Source: a virus. Taken from it: 45,565 nt of DNA. Numbering within the stretch: the stretch's first letter is position 1; each line of letters opens with the position of its first letter. Positions 33,703-41,590 of the stretch are shown here, piece by piece. The stretch spans positions 1 to 45,565 of IMG/VR virus record IMGVR_UViG_3300029121_000010; one strand, written 5' to 3'. The position numbers and the translations under genes are program-made. The notes beneath the pieces were generated by a model. It ran no database searches. It was not told the origin of the DNA and worked only from the letters and a program-made list of their open reading frames with translations.

Positions 33703-34247
33703 TATGCACCGTTAATAAATTCACCGTATCCCCAGCCCAGTTTTTGTTCAGGAATCAGTTTATTAATTAATCCTCCAAGTAAATAACAAACACCCATTCC
33801 AAGACCGGATAACATTATTCCGATACTTCCGAAAAATAAACCCCAGATAAATGTAATAATTAATCCAGTTAAAGAAGTTCCTAAAAATCCAAACAATCGA
33901 GGATATTGATAAAGATAATATTTATTTCCTTTTATTGTAACATGTAGCGGATATAACAAATCATCAATGAGTTCGCACTCTCTATCAGTATCTGGATTTA
34001 GTTCGTAACCGGTCAATAAACGTCCAATGTAAACGCCCCAACCATAAAGCTGATAGCTTGTATAACATGCGATAAAAGCAACAAGGAAATTTTCAAACAG
34101 CCAACCGAAATAAAAACACCCGTAAAAACCAAAAGCTAAAGCATACCATATTTTATTTGCCGGAATATAGTCTTTCCAAAGACCGCCTCTGATTCGCCAA
34201 AGTAACGATGAAAGAGCAATAATTAAAAATGAATATAAATAAATCAT
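33666..34247 (-). CDS. polytopic membrane protein of the lysis cassette
   Basis: 193-aa ORF with about 5-6 predicted transmembrane segments, aromatic-rich, between the endolysin and spanin genes. Confidence 0.4.
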   Translation of the reverse strand: MIYLYSFLIIALSSLLWRIRGGLWKDYIPANKIWYALAFGFYGCFYFGWLFENFLVAFIACYTSYQLYGWGVYIGRLLTGYELNPDTDRECELIDDLLYPLHVTIKGNKYYLYQYPRLFGFLGTSLTGLIITFIWGLFFGSIGIMLSGLGMGVCYLLGGLINKLIPEQKLGWGYGEFINGAYWGAILTWWLLW

Positions 34248-34654
34248 TAGTCTATGTCCTTAAAAAATAAGTGGCTTCCAATTTCTGCGCAAGGTGTTTT
34301 CCCTTTTGCCCAAACAGGGCATTTAACCAATGCAGGCGCATAATAATGTGTCGCTCCGTTGGTTATGTCTTTCTGCATAGCTTCTTTTATTACCGGGAAG
34401 TATTTTGAATATGAGGGGAATGTTAACTTTGCAATTTTTTGAGCGTTCGGGTCGTTTTTGTTCCAACAACTGAATTGCCAAGGCTTTTGACATACTCCGG
34501 CAATTGTTTTGGCTGAGAACCATTTTTTAGACTTAAAGCGGTTCAAAATACAACACGCCACCGCAATTTGTCCTTGGCGTGTTTCTCCTCTAGCTTCGCC
34601 AAATATGGTCTTGGCAAAAATCTCCATATCGTTTTCTGTCATGATTCTCCCCAA
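34247..34654 (-). CDS. endolysin, SleB-type cell-wall hydrolase (Hydrolase_2)
   Basis: TIFGEARGETRQGQIAVACCILNRF...VCQKPWQFSCW matches the Hydrolase_2/SleB signature. Confidence 0.7.
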   Translation of the reverse strand: MGRIMTENDMEIFAKTIFGEARGETRQGQIAVACCILNRFKSKKWFSAKTIAGVCQKPWQFSCWNKNDPNAQKIAKLTFPSYSKYFPVIKEAMQKDITNGATHYYAPALVKCPVWAKGKTPCAEIGSHLFFKDID

Positions 34655-34670
34655 AACAAAAAAGCCCGAG

Positions 34671-34985
34671 CTAATCGAGCTTGTTTTTTATTTTATCAAT
34701 TACAACGTCTGGGTTTTCTTCTACTTTTTTTAATACGCTTTCAATAATCATATAAAGCCTTACCGCAAAAAGGCCAACAATCCCAGATAATCCAACTTTT
34801 ACGCTGTATGGAATGTCAACGTATTCAAGCAAAAGACCTGCTAACATTGAAAAAATGAAAGAAATAACCGCATCTCTTATCGTTTGCTTTATTGATACAA
34901 AAGGTTTAATCAACACCGATACGCCTCCTATACAAGTCCCAACAATAGCGTAGTCACGCAAAGTTTCTCCAATATCCTTAAACAA
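34671..34985 (-). CDS. holin
   Basis: 104-aa ORF with 2-3 transmembrane helices and a charged C-terminus, immediately upstream of the endolysin gene. Confidence 0.5.
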   Translation of the reverse strand: MFKDIGETLRDYAIVGTCIGGVSVLIKPFVSIKQTIRDAVISFIFSMLAGLLLEYVDIPYSVKVGLSGIVGLFAVRLYMIIESVLKKVEENPDVVIDKIKNKLD

Positions 34986-35019
34986 TTCTTCTCTCCGGTT
35001 TATTGAATCCCCTAGTCAA

Positions 35020-35049
35020 AGCATAAACCGACAAGAGAGTCTTTGTCAA
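35020..35049 (-). promoter_or_regulatory. candidate promoter for the lysis cassette (TTGACA-18nt-TATGCT)
   Basis: Minus-strand CCGGTTGACAAAGACTCTCTTGTCGGTTTATGCT. It shares TTGACAA..TGTCGG with the hairpin at 11278. Confidence 0.3.
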
Positions 35050-35065
35050 CCGGACTAATCTTTTA

Positions 35066-35108
35066 CATAAAAAAGACAGGATACAGCTTTAAAATCTGCC
35101 GTATCCTG
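35066..35108 (-). terminator. rho-independent terminator after the tail-fibre gene
   Basis: Minus-strand CAGGATACggcagattttaaagctGTATCCTG followed by TCTTTTTTAT. Confidence 0.45.
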
Positions 35109-35208
35109 ACCTTTGAGGGCTTAAATTAAGATATAACCAGAGAGATTGGCCGGATTGTTTTGTGGGGGATTAAATCCGTTTTAATTTTTGCCCTCATTGC
35201 TTTTCACC

Positions 35209-35802
35209 TTAGATAGAAACAACGCCGCTTACGGTTACGGTGGCATTTGCTGTCAAAGTGAGGTTGTTTTCGTCAACATAGTTGACCTGAACATCTACGG
35301 CATCGCCTGACGCATCCGCAACGGAAACATGAACAAACTTATAGCCAAGTCCGTGATTGACGGTTACGGGCGTGTTTGCGGTTAATGCAAGGTTGTTGAT
35401 TGCAAAGCGGCTGTCGGCTTCGTGATAGCTGTGCAAAACTTTCCAGTCGGTATTTGCGGCGGTGTTGTCGGTTGTGTCCGGGTTATCAACCATAGCCTGC
35501 AAACGGTCGCTTTTGTGAACCGGAATGCCAAGCAAAGAGCCGTCCGATGAAATATACCACCAGTCGCCGCCGTCAATCGCGCCCTCTGCGCCTGAACCTG
35601 AAGACGGAAGCCCTAATGACGGGTCTAAATCGCCGACAAACGCCCCAAGGCCTAAAATCTCGCCGTCAATATAGGCACGCAAGGCGGTGTCTTGCGCGTC
35701 AAGCTGCCCTTTGGTTACGGCATCGGATGCGCTCACGCCGTCCGCAATACCGGTGATGGTGCCGCCGTTAAAGTCATAATCAGTATAAATGTTTTTTACC
35801 AT
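35209..35802 (-). CDS. tail fibre protein, GC-rich and compositionally foreign
   Basis: Its N-terminus, GGTITGIADGVSASDAVTKGQLDAQDTALRAYIDGEILGLGAFV, is a phage tail-fibre repeat-type sequence. Local GC content is clearly above the genome background, as seen in 35541..35700. Confidence 0.5.
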   Translation of the reverse strand: MVKNIYTDYDFNGGTITGIADGVSASDAVTKGQLDAQDTALRAYIDGEILGLGAFVGDLDPSLGLPSSGSGAEGAIDGGDWWYISSDGSLLGIPVHKSDRLQAMVDNPDTTDNTAANTDWKVLHSYHEADSRFAINNLALTANTPVTVNHGLGYKFVHVSVADASGDAVDVQVNYVDENNLTLTANATVTVSGVVSI

Positions 35803-35814
35803 TTTTATTTTCTC

Positions 35815-36132
35815 CTATTTTATGATGACATATCCGGTCATCGGTTTGTTGAACTCGGCAATAATAATTCTGGTGCTTTCAAGGTTTTTAACCTTGATGT
35901 CGCACTCGATTTTTTTGAAAACATTGTCAGATATTTTTTCGTATGCCTGAATGCTCGGGTTGCTGATGTTGGTTTCAAATTCCAAGTATCTGGTGTTTGA
36001 AAACTCGTGCTTCAGCCCAATAATATGGTCTATCTCCAAAAGCAAAGGAGCGTTGTCTTTGTTCACAAAGATTGCGTAGAACTTTCCGGCGGCAATCGTT
36101 TCGTCATCAAAAGTTACAATTTGCTGTGTCAT
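35815..36132 (-). CDS. hypothetical protein (tail-fibre associated)
   Basis: 105-aa ORF between two fibre genes. Confidence 0.35.
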   Translation of the reverse strand: MTQQIVTFDDETIAAGKFYAIFVNKDNAPLLLEIDHIIGLKHEFSNTRYLEFETNISNPSIQAYEKISDNVFKKIECDIKVKNLESTRIIIAEFNKPMTGYVIIK

Positions 36133-39100
36133 TAGGCTTTATCCTCCAGTTTGAATTTTCCGCTGTCGATGTCATACACAAGAATTTTATTTGTTACTTC
36201 CGTGCCGTCAGCTTTCACAAACTTTATCTCGTTGGTTTTTGAAAAGGCATCATCTAACGCCAATTTTGTGACTTCTGACAGTTCCTCAAACTCATAATCA
36301 AAACGAATAAGGGGATTTGCAACGGTTGAAGTCTGCAAATAAAAGCCGTCATCTTTATTCGATTTGCCATAAAAGCGGTAAGTTTCATTTGCCTTTACGC
36401 TAAATGTAAACTTCGGGCTTTGAATGTTTTTAGGGGTTGTCCGTTGTGCCTCAATCGTGGTCGCATAGTGCGAACCTGCCACTTCTGAGCTGTCCGACAC
36501 TTTTTCAAGCCAAAACTCACCATTGTTTATTGTTCCTTGCTCGTTATAGCATTGCGCCTGATAGCTCATTGTTACAACACCGTCAGCCAAGAACTTAATA
36601 TCGCCTTGCGTTTTGTTTGGGTCTGTACTTCCGGCATCCGTCCAAGCGTTATCATTAACGATTTTGTTATCACCGCCGCTGAACACCCCAACCGGCAGTT
36701 TTGTTTTTGTGCTGTTTACGGTATAGCGATAACTTGCATATCCGGCAGGTACAGCAACAATACTTCGATAAACATAATCAAGGTTGCGCAAATACTGCTC
36801 GCTAATATGCGAATTGTCGGTTATCATCACTCGGTTAAACCACGGCGTGATGTCAGCCTCTAAGTCTTTTAGTTGCAGAGTACTTGGCATTTGCGAAACG
36901 TGCTGATACATCATTATAGCAATGCCTTTAGAGTTATCCGGCACCGTAAATATTTTTGTCTGTGTATGTTCTCCAGATACAACATCTTCGCTTATAAACA
37001 TATTGTCGACAACACGCCAACCCGCCGTAAATACCGGATTAGAGTTATTATAAGACAATACGTGCGGTCTAGGAACTGGAACAACAGAGCCGGTATATTC
37101 CAACAAGGAAACGTCAAAAGCATTGTCTTTGTCGGTAAGGGTTGCCTTAACGGTGATATTTTTACCACTAATATTCCGGCTGTCATATTCGTCATAAAAC
37201 TTCATAATATCCCATACCGGAATATCTTTTCCGTTGTCCTTAATCATCAAATGATAATTGTCAACAGCCACTTTGCAAGGGGTCGCCAAGTTCAAGAAAG
37301 TGTTATCTCCCAGTTCCATTTCTCCGGTTATCTCAGTTTCTGCCTCTTGAAACAGCAAGAACTGCGCAAGATTGAGAGAATTAAAGCCATAATAAACCGT
37401 GTCAAAACCAATTCTAAAGCCTGTGAAAGCCATAAACGACAATAAAGCAAGGCCGGAACTTTCATCTTTGCTAATAGCCTGCAAACAGATTTGTGTGTTC
37501 GCTCCGACTGGGATAACCTCATCATTCGGAAAGCCTAACTCAATTCTTAAATGTACGTTGGTAAATGCTTTTGCTTGAAATTCGCCGATATATAGCTCCG
37601 GCTTAATTGTATCACCCGCTTTGTAGTCAATCTGTGCTGCCATTGGCTGGCCGTTATTGTCTGTCAACGGCGTGTCTGTATCATCAACAAGCTCTAACCT
37701 AATAAAGCCGTCCTGTGATACTGTGTTGTCAGTTCTTAAATTCGGCTCATAGTATATTGCAGCAATAAATGTCGTTCCGCCGCTGATGTTTGGGTCGTCC
37801 TGTGGGTCAACATCATCAACAACAAAAGATTTGTCTTGCATATTTGTATAAACAAAAGAACCGCCCTTAACTCTTATATCGCCAAAGTAAAGTTTAGCGC
37901 GGCCATATTTTGAGTTGATTAACTGGTCATTGCCTAAACAGGCGTGTATTCCCTCATTATGCTCCTGCAATCCTCTTGAAAAATCGGCAATGCCGCCAAG
38001 GTTTGAAATCCGCAAGGACTTATCCATTGATTGTATTTTATCGCTTGTGAAAGTGCGCCCCTCAAAATCCGTGAAAGTCAAACTTCCACTTGTTGACATA
38101 TCCGGCTCAACCTCTAATATACCGCCGTTTTCCGTTACGGTAGATTTATTAAACTGAACCGAGTTAATCCCAATATGCGCATTGCCTTTGTCATCAGATA
38201 CCGCAAGACTAAAATCGTGCGTTGTTTCGTGTGGGTAAAATTCCCAATTTGAATTGTTAGCAATAGGCAACAAATAACCGACATAGCCGGTATTAGTGAT
38301 TGTTAACGAAGTGGATGCTCCGTTTATATGGTCGGAACCGTTCGGCTGTAAAATCAAAGTCGGGTTTGATATTCCGCTTGCCGGTATAACTTTAATCATT
38401 ATCGTTTTATTTTGTGCTATCGGTGGCAAAATTTGCGTGATTGTTTCATTGTCTGTATTGAACTGATAAGCAAGCACAAGCGTTGTCGCTGTGAACGGGG
38501 CTTGCGACAAGTCCACTGCTCCGACTTCTTCAAAATAATTTGCCTCAAATAATGCCCGTACTTCGTCAGGTGTCAATCCGCCACCAGTGCGCCCAGCCAT
38601 GTCTTTATAAGCATTTGTTAGCTTTATTTTCTCGGATAAATCAGAGGTTAAAACATTGTTAAGGTTTGTTTCGGCTTTGTTGCCTAAATCTCTTGCAGTA
38701 TCAACCAGAGTCGTATGAGATGACGTCTTTTCAAAAGCCGTTTCTAAGTCCGCCACATCAACGTCCGACAAGTCTTTGCTTGCCTTTGTGCTGATTGCGG
38801 ACGCTTGTCTTTGCAGCTCTTTTCCGCTGTCAGTGGCTTGGAACTTCTCGTCAAGTTTGGCAAGGTCAACATCTTTTAGGTCGGTTGTCAGGCAATTCTT
38901 GACGGCTGAACTGTCCAATCTTTCATCGGCTTTGAGTGTTTGGAGCTTGTCCCTTATTTGCGTTGGTGTTTCATCAACACCAATGCCCATGGTGGATAAC
39001 TTTGCCTTAAATGCCACGTCATCAACGTTTGACATATCTTTGTTGAGCTTTTTGGGGAGTTCGGCCACAAGGGAATTATATGCCGGCAAGTTGTTCGGGG

Positions 39101-39527
39101 TTGATTGTGGATTGTAGGCATCGTTTTTAATGACTGTATAATCCATGGCAAGAGCGTATGATGTGTTTGTATCCACAATCTTCAAAAACAGCTTGTGCGT
39201 GCCGAAGACGGTCGTCATCATCTCATTAAATTTGATGATGAGCGTGCCATCGCTTTCTATGGTTGCCGGAAAATCTGATTTTGCTTTGTCTGTGTGGTAG
39301 GTTTGGGTTGTTCCGCCGTTGTAAAGAACCGATAATTCTATCTCCGCACTAGTATCAATCTGAATATTTTTGCCGTCTTGCTGAATGGTTGCTTTAATGG
39401 CGGTGTCCTCGGAGCCTTGCACCAAGGTTTGAAAAAGTTTGTTGTTTAAGGATTGTGTTTGAAGAATGGTGTCAAATTGCCGAATTGGTATCATGATAAA
39501 ACCCCCTAAAAAATTTTTTATAATCAA
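36132..39527 (-). CDS. large tail fibre / receptor-binding protein
   Basis: 1131-aa ORF with repeated D-x-S/D-V-D motifs near the N-terminus and beta-rich C-terminal domains. It is the largest structural gene and is followed by a fibre cluster. Confidence 0.55.
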   Translation of the reverse strand: MIIKNFLGGFIMIPIRQFDTILQTQSLNNKLFQTLVQGSEDTAIKATIQQDGKNIQIDTSAEIELSVLYNGGTTQTYHTDKAKSDFPATIESDGTLIIKFNEMMTTVFGTHKLFLKIVDTNTSYALAMDYTVIKNDAYNPQSTPNNLPAYNSLVAELPKKLNKDMSNVDDVAFKAKLSTMGIGVDETPTQIRDKLQTLKADERLDSSAVKNCLTTDLKDVDLAKLDEKFQATDSGKELQRQASAISTKASKDLSDVDVADLETAFEKTSSHTTLVDTARDLGNKAETNLNNVLTSDLSEKIKLTNAYKDMAGRTGGGLTPDEVRALFEANYFEEVGAVDLSQAPFTATTLVLAYQFNTDNETITQILPPIAQNKTIMIKVIPASGISNPTLILQPNGSDHINGASTSLTITNTGYVGYLLPIANNSNWEFYPHETTHDFSLAVSDDKGNAHIGINSVQFNKSTVTENGGILEVEPDMSTSGSLTFTDFEGRTFTSDKIQSMDKSLRISNLGGIADFSRGLQEHNEGIHACLGNDQLINSKYGRAKLYFGDIRVKGGSFVYTNMQDKSFVVDDVDPQDDPNISGGTTFIAAIYYEPNLRTDNTVSQDGFIRLELVDDTDTPLTDNNGQPMAAQIDYKAGDTIKPELYIGEFQAKAFTNVHLRIELGFPNDEVIPVGANTQICLQAISKDESSGLALLSFMAFTGFRIGFDTVYYGFNSLNLAQFLLFQEAETEITGEMELGDNTFLNLATPCKVAVDNYHLMIKDNGKDIPVWDIMKFYDEYDSRNISGKNITVKATLTDKDNAFDVSLLEYTGSVVPVPRPHVLSYNNSNPVFTAGWRVVDNMFISEDVVSGEHTQTKIFTVPDNSKGIAIMMYQHVSQMPSTLQLKDLEADITPWFNRVMITDNSHISEQYLRNLDYVYRSIVAVPAGYASYRYTVNSTKTKLPVGVFSGGDNKIVNDNAWTDAGSTDPNKTQGDIKFLADGVVTMSYQAQCYNEQGTINNGEFWLEKVSDSSEVAGSHYATTIEAQRTTPKNIQSPKFTFSVKANETYRFYGKSNKDDGFYLQTSTVANPLIRFDYEFEELSEVTKLALDDAFSKTNEIKFVKADGTEVTNKILVYDIDSGKFKLEDKA

Positions 39528-39586
39528 ATCTTAGGTGGTTTTTCCTTTGGTGTCTTAGCATAAAATTGGCAGATTTTTGGCAAGCC

Positions 39587-39611
39587 AACTTGTAAACAAT
39601 CCTTACAAGTT
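39587..39611. promoter_or_regulatory. palindromic operator-like element CTTGTAAAC-N5-TTACAAGT (copy 1)
   Basis: AACTTGTAAACAATCCTTACAAGTT has a 9-bp perfect inverted repeat. It lies in a 400-bp non-coding region upstream of the tRNA genes. Confidence 0.4.
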
Positions 39612-39816
39612 CAGTATGTGCATAAAATGCACCAACTCATCAAATTTTTCGAACAGTTGCTCCGGACATTTATGTCCTTACCATATTTCCCTCTTGGTTA
39701 AAATGGTATCTACAATTTGCGTATAAAAAACGGCGGAAAACTTTACACAAACGGATTTGTGTATCGTGTGTTATACACAAAAAAATCTTCCGATTTAGCA
39801 CCTCGGAAGAACGGAG

Positions 39817-39840
39817 CTTGTAAACTTGCAGGTTACAAGT
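39817..39840. promoter_or_regulatory. palindromic operator-like element CTTGTAAAC-N7-TTACAAGT (copy 2)
   Basis: CTTGTAAACTTGCAGGTTACAAGT. It has the same half-sites, orientation and approximate spacing as copy 1, 230 bp away. Confidence 0.4.
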
Positions 39841-39932
39841 CGCTGCTTGGTTGCCGTTTAATGTCATCTGAACCAAGAAGCCCTGACGAACCGCAGACCT
39901 TAAAACGGAAATCCGTCAAGCTGGTGGTTTGA

Positions 39933-40018
39933 ACGGGAGGGCGGGATTCGAACCCACGACCAACAGACACGTTGTTAACTCTGGCCAGAAAAAGCTCTAC
40001 CACTGAGCTACGCTCCCG
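39933..40018 (-). tRNA. aberrant tRNA-like gene: canonical D-arm and T-arm, non-canonical anticodon region (possible GTG/His-like loop)
   Basis: Minus strand CGGGAGC-GTA-GCTCAGTGGTAGAGC ... GTGGGTTCGAATCCCGC-CCTCCCG-T. The acceptor pairs 6/7. About 13 extra nt (TTTTTCTGGCCAGAG) separate the D-stem from the only 5-bp stem/7-nt loop candidate, TAACA-ACGTGTC-TGTTG. Confidence 0.4.
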
Positions 40019-40160
40019 ATAAGTGTTAATTCTTCCGTGTCATCTCAAAAAAAGAAACACTTTCACCCTCAAGGCCGCTTAAGACAATTAACAAGACTAG
40101 CGGTTCTGCACTTTCAAAAAGGTAGCCAAAGGCAGAAGTAACATCCGGCTACAATGTTGG

Positions 40161-40232
40161 TTGCAGGAGATGGGATTGCACCATCGACCTCTTGGTTATG
40201 AACCAAGCGAGCTACTACTGCTCTATCCTGCC
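40161..40232 (-). tRNA. tRNA-Met/Ile2-like (anticodon CAT)
   Basis: Minus strand GGCAGGA-TA-GAGCAGTAGTAGCTC-G-CTTGG-TTCATAA-CCAAG-AGGTC-GATGG-TGCAATC-CCATC-TCCTGCA-A. It is 72 nt with a cloverleaf, a 1:72 mismatch and an unusual T-loop. Confidence 0.55.
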
Positions 40233-40260
40233 ATAATTTTCACAAACAACAAATGTTGAT

Positions 40261-40281
40261 TTGTAAAGCGTTCAATACAAG
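40261..40281. promoter_or_regulatory. palindromic operator-like element TTGTAAA-N8-TACAAG (copy 3) at the transcription start of the tRNA promoter
   Basis: TTGTAAAGCGTTCAATACAAG lies immediately downstream of the -10 of the 40281..40308 promoter. Confidence 0.4.
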
Positions 40282-40308
40282 TTATACACTAACCGCATAA
40301 TATGTCAA
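40281..40308 (-). promoter_or_regulatory. sigma70-like promoter TTGACA-16nt-TATAAC driving the tRNA genes
   Basis: Minus-strand TTGTTGACATATTATGCGGTTAGTGTATAAC. Confidence 0.5.
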
Positions 40309-40342
40309 CAAAAAACCGCCCATGAAAGGAAAAAATGGGCGG
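40309..40342 (-). terminator. rho-independent terminator
   Basis: Minus-strand CCGCCCATtttttcctttcATGGGCGG followed by TTTTTTG. Confidence 0.55.
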
Positions 40343-40389
40343 CTCTTTGCTCTAACTATCAAAAAGGAACAATGAAAAACAATAATATG

Positions 40390-40659
40390 TTACTCTTTGC
40401 GTGCGTAAAAGTCAAGATTTGATTTCCGGAACATCTGGAGCGATTCTTTTAGTCTTCTTCCATAAGTCCAATATCCCATGTGGATGCTGAACTTCTCGGC
40501 CAGATAGTCCAGTGCTTCGTATCCCTCTTTGCGGTTCACAAGGGCAATTAATATCTCCTTGTATGGTGTCGGAATTTTGTAGTCTTCTATCTTTTGAATT
40601 GCGGTCATTGGTGCCATTTCTTTTATGTGTATCTTTATCGCCCTGTTTTCTGGATTCAT
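40390..40659 (-). CDS. hypothetical protein
   Basis: 89-aa ORF with a protein-like composition (..GYWTYGRRLKESLQMFRK..). It overlaps a second open frame (40412..40780) whose downstream part looks compositionally non-coding. Confidence 0.4.
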   Translation of the reverse strand: MNPENRAIKIHIKEMAPMTAIQKIEDYKIPTPYKEILIALVNRKEGYEALDYLAEKFSIHMGYWTYGRRLKESLQMFRKSNLDFYARKE

Positions 40660-40785
40660 CTCTCTTGATCCTGATTGTTGATGAACGTGGAAGTTTTACA
40701 GAAATTTTAGCATTTGGATAATTGCTTTTTATATCTATTTTCCTTGCCCCACCTTTATATTTCTGCTCTATTTCACTCATTCATA

Positions 40786-40977
40786 TTACTCGTTAGATTG
40801 TGTGATTGTGCTTTCTGCGTTGTCATTTGCAGTCATGGTAACTTCAACGCCATTCAACGACATATAAACATTTCCGGCAACGGACAATGCCAACAAGCCG
40901 GCCAATACCCATGTGGCAATAACCCATGGCTTGGCTACGACTTTGGATAATGCAATAAGTTTTTCAAGCTCGTTCAT
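40786..40977 (-). CDS. small membrane protein
   Basis: 63-aa ORF with one transmembrane helix (WVIATWVLAGLLALSVAGNVYM). Confidence 0.4.
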   Translation of the reverse strand: MNELEKLIALSKVVAKPWVIATWVLAGLLALSVAGNVYMSLNGVEVTMTANDNAESTITQSNE

Positions 40978-41008
40978 TGTTTATATCCCCCATCATTACA
41001 AATTATTA

Positions 41009-41590
41009 TTACCAAGTTATTTTATCAAGTTCTTCTTTAGTTTGGGCTTTTTCAACCTCTGCCTTAAGAGCTGTTGCTTTTTGGTGGCAAGTGTTTGACC
41101 ATTGAGCCAAAGCTGCAACCAAGCCAGAAAGCTGAGTTTTGTTCAAACTGATTGTGGTATTGTCTTGGCATGTCCACACAATGGCAGTTTCTTCCGGTGC
41201 AAATGCCATTGCCTGAGCCGCTGTTGAAATACGTTGGCAGCTTATAGGGTCACTATCAAAAGTTTTCCCCATGTACTCAAACCCGCCTTGCTCGGCGGCA
41301 TCACGGGCGGCATTTATTTCTGAGCGTTTTATAAGTTTTAGTTCTTCAATTGTTGGTTCTTGCTCTGGTTTTGGCTCAGGAATTTTTTCATATATCCAAG
41401 AAGAACCTTGCCATTTTACTTTGAAACCATCTTTTTCATCAAGTGGCTTTTCATAAGTTGAATTTGCTGGCAACAAATAGATTTCTTTTTTCTGTTTTAC
41501 ACTTTCCAAAGGGTCAATTTGTGCTTCAATTTCTGCTTCAAATTCTTTATTTTCTGGATTAAACAAATAAGCCTTCATATTTTCCCCCAT
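41009..41590 (-). CDS. tail fibre assembly chaperone
   Basis: 193-aa ORF immediately downstream of the collar-domain fibre gene, with overlapping start/stop at 41590. Confidence 0.45.
   Translation of the reverse strand: MGENMKAYLFNPENKEFEAEIEAQIDPLESVKQKKEIYLLPANSTYEKPLDEKDGFKVKWQGSSWIYEKIPEPKPEQEPTIEELKLIKRSEINAARDAAEQGGFEYMGKTFDSDPISCQRISTAAQAMAFAPEETAIVWTCQDNTTISLNKTQLSGLVAALAQWSNTCHQKATALKAEVEKAQTKEELDKITW

Noticed and set aside
35382-36000. Several plus-strand and minus-strand alternative-frame ORFs in the GC-rich fibre gene region
   Set aside because: High local GC suppresses stop codons. The sequences are Arg-rich and repetitive.
39670-39932. ORFs of 68 and 71 aa in the non-coding region upstream of the tRNA genes
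   Set aside because: There is no RBS, the region is dominated by hairpins and palindromic operator-like repeats, and the translations look non-protein-like.
40412-40780. 122-aa ORF (frame A) overlapping 40390..40659
   Set aside because: Downstream of the overlap the translation is low-complexity (R/K/D/N/G-rich). Only the first ~40 codons could be real; see the finding.
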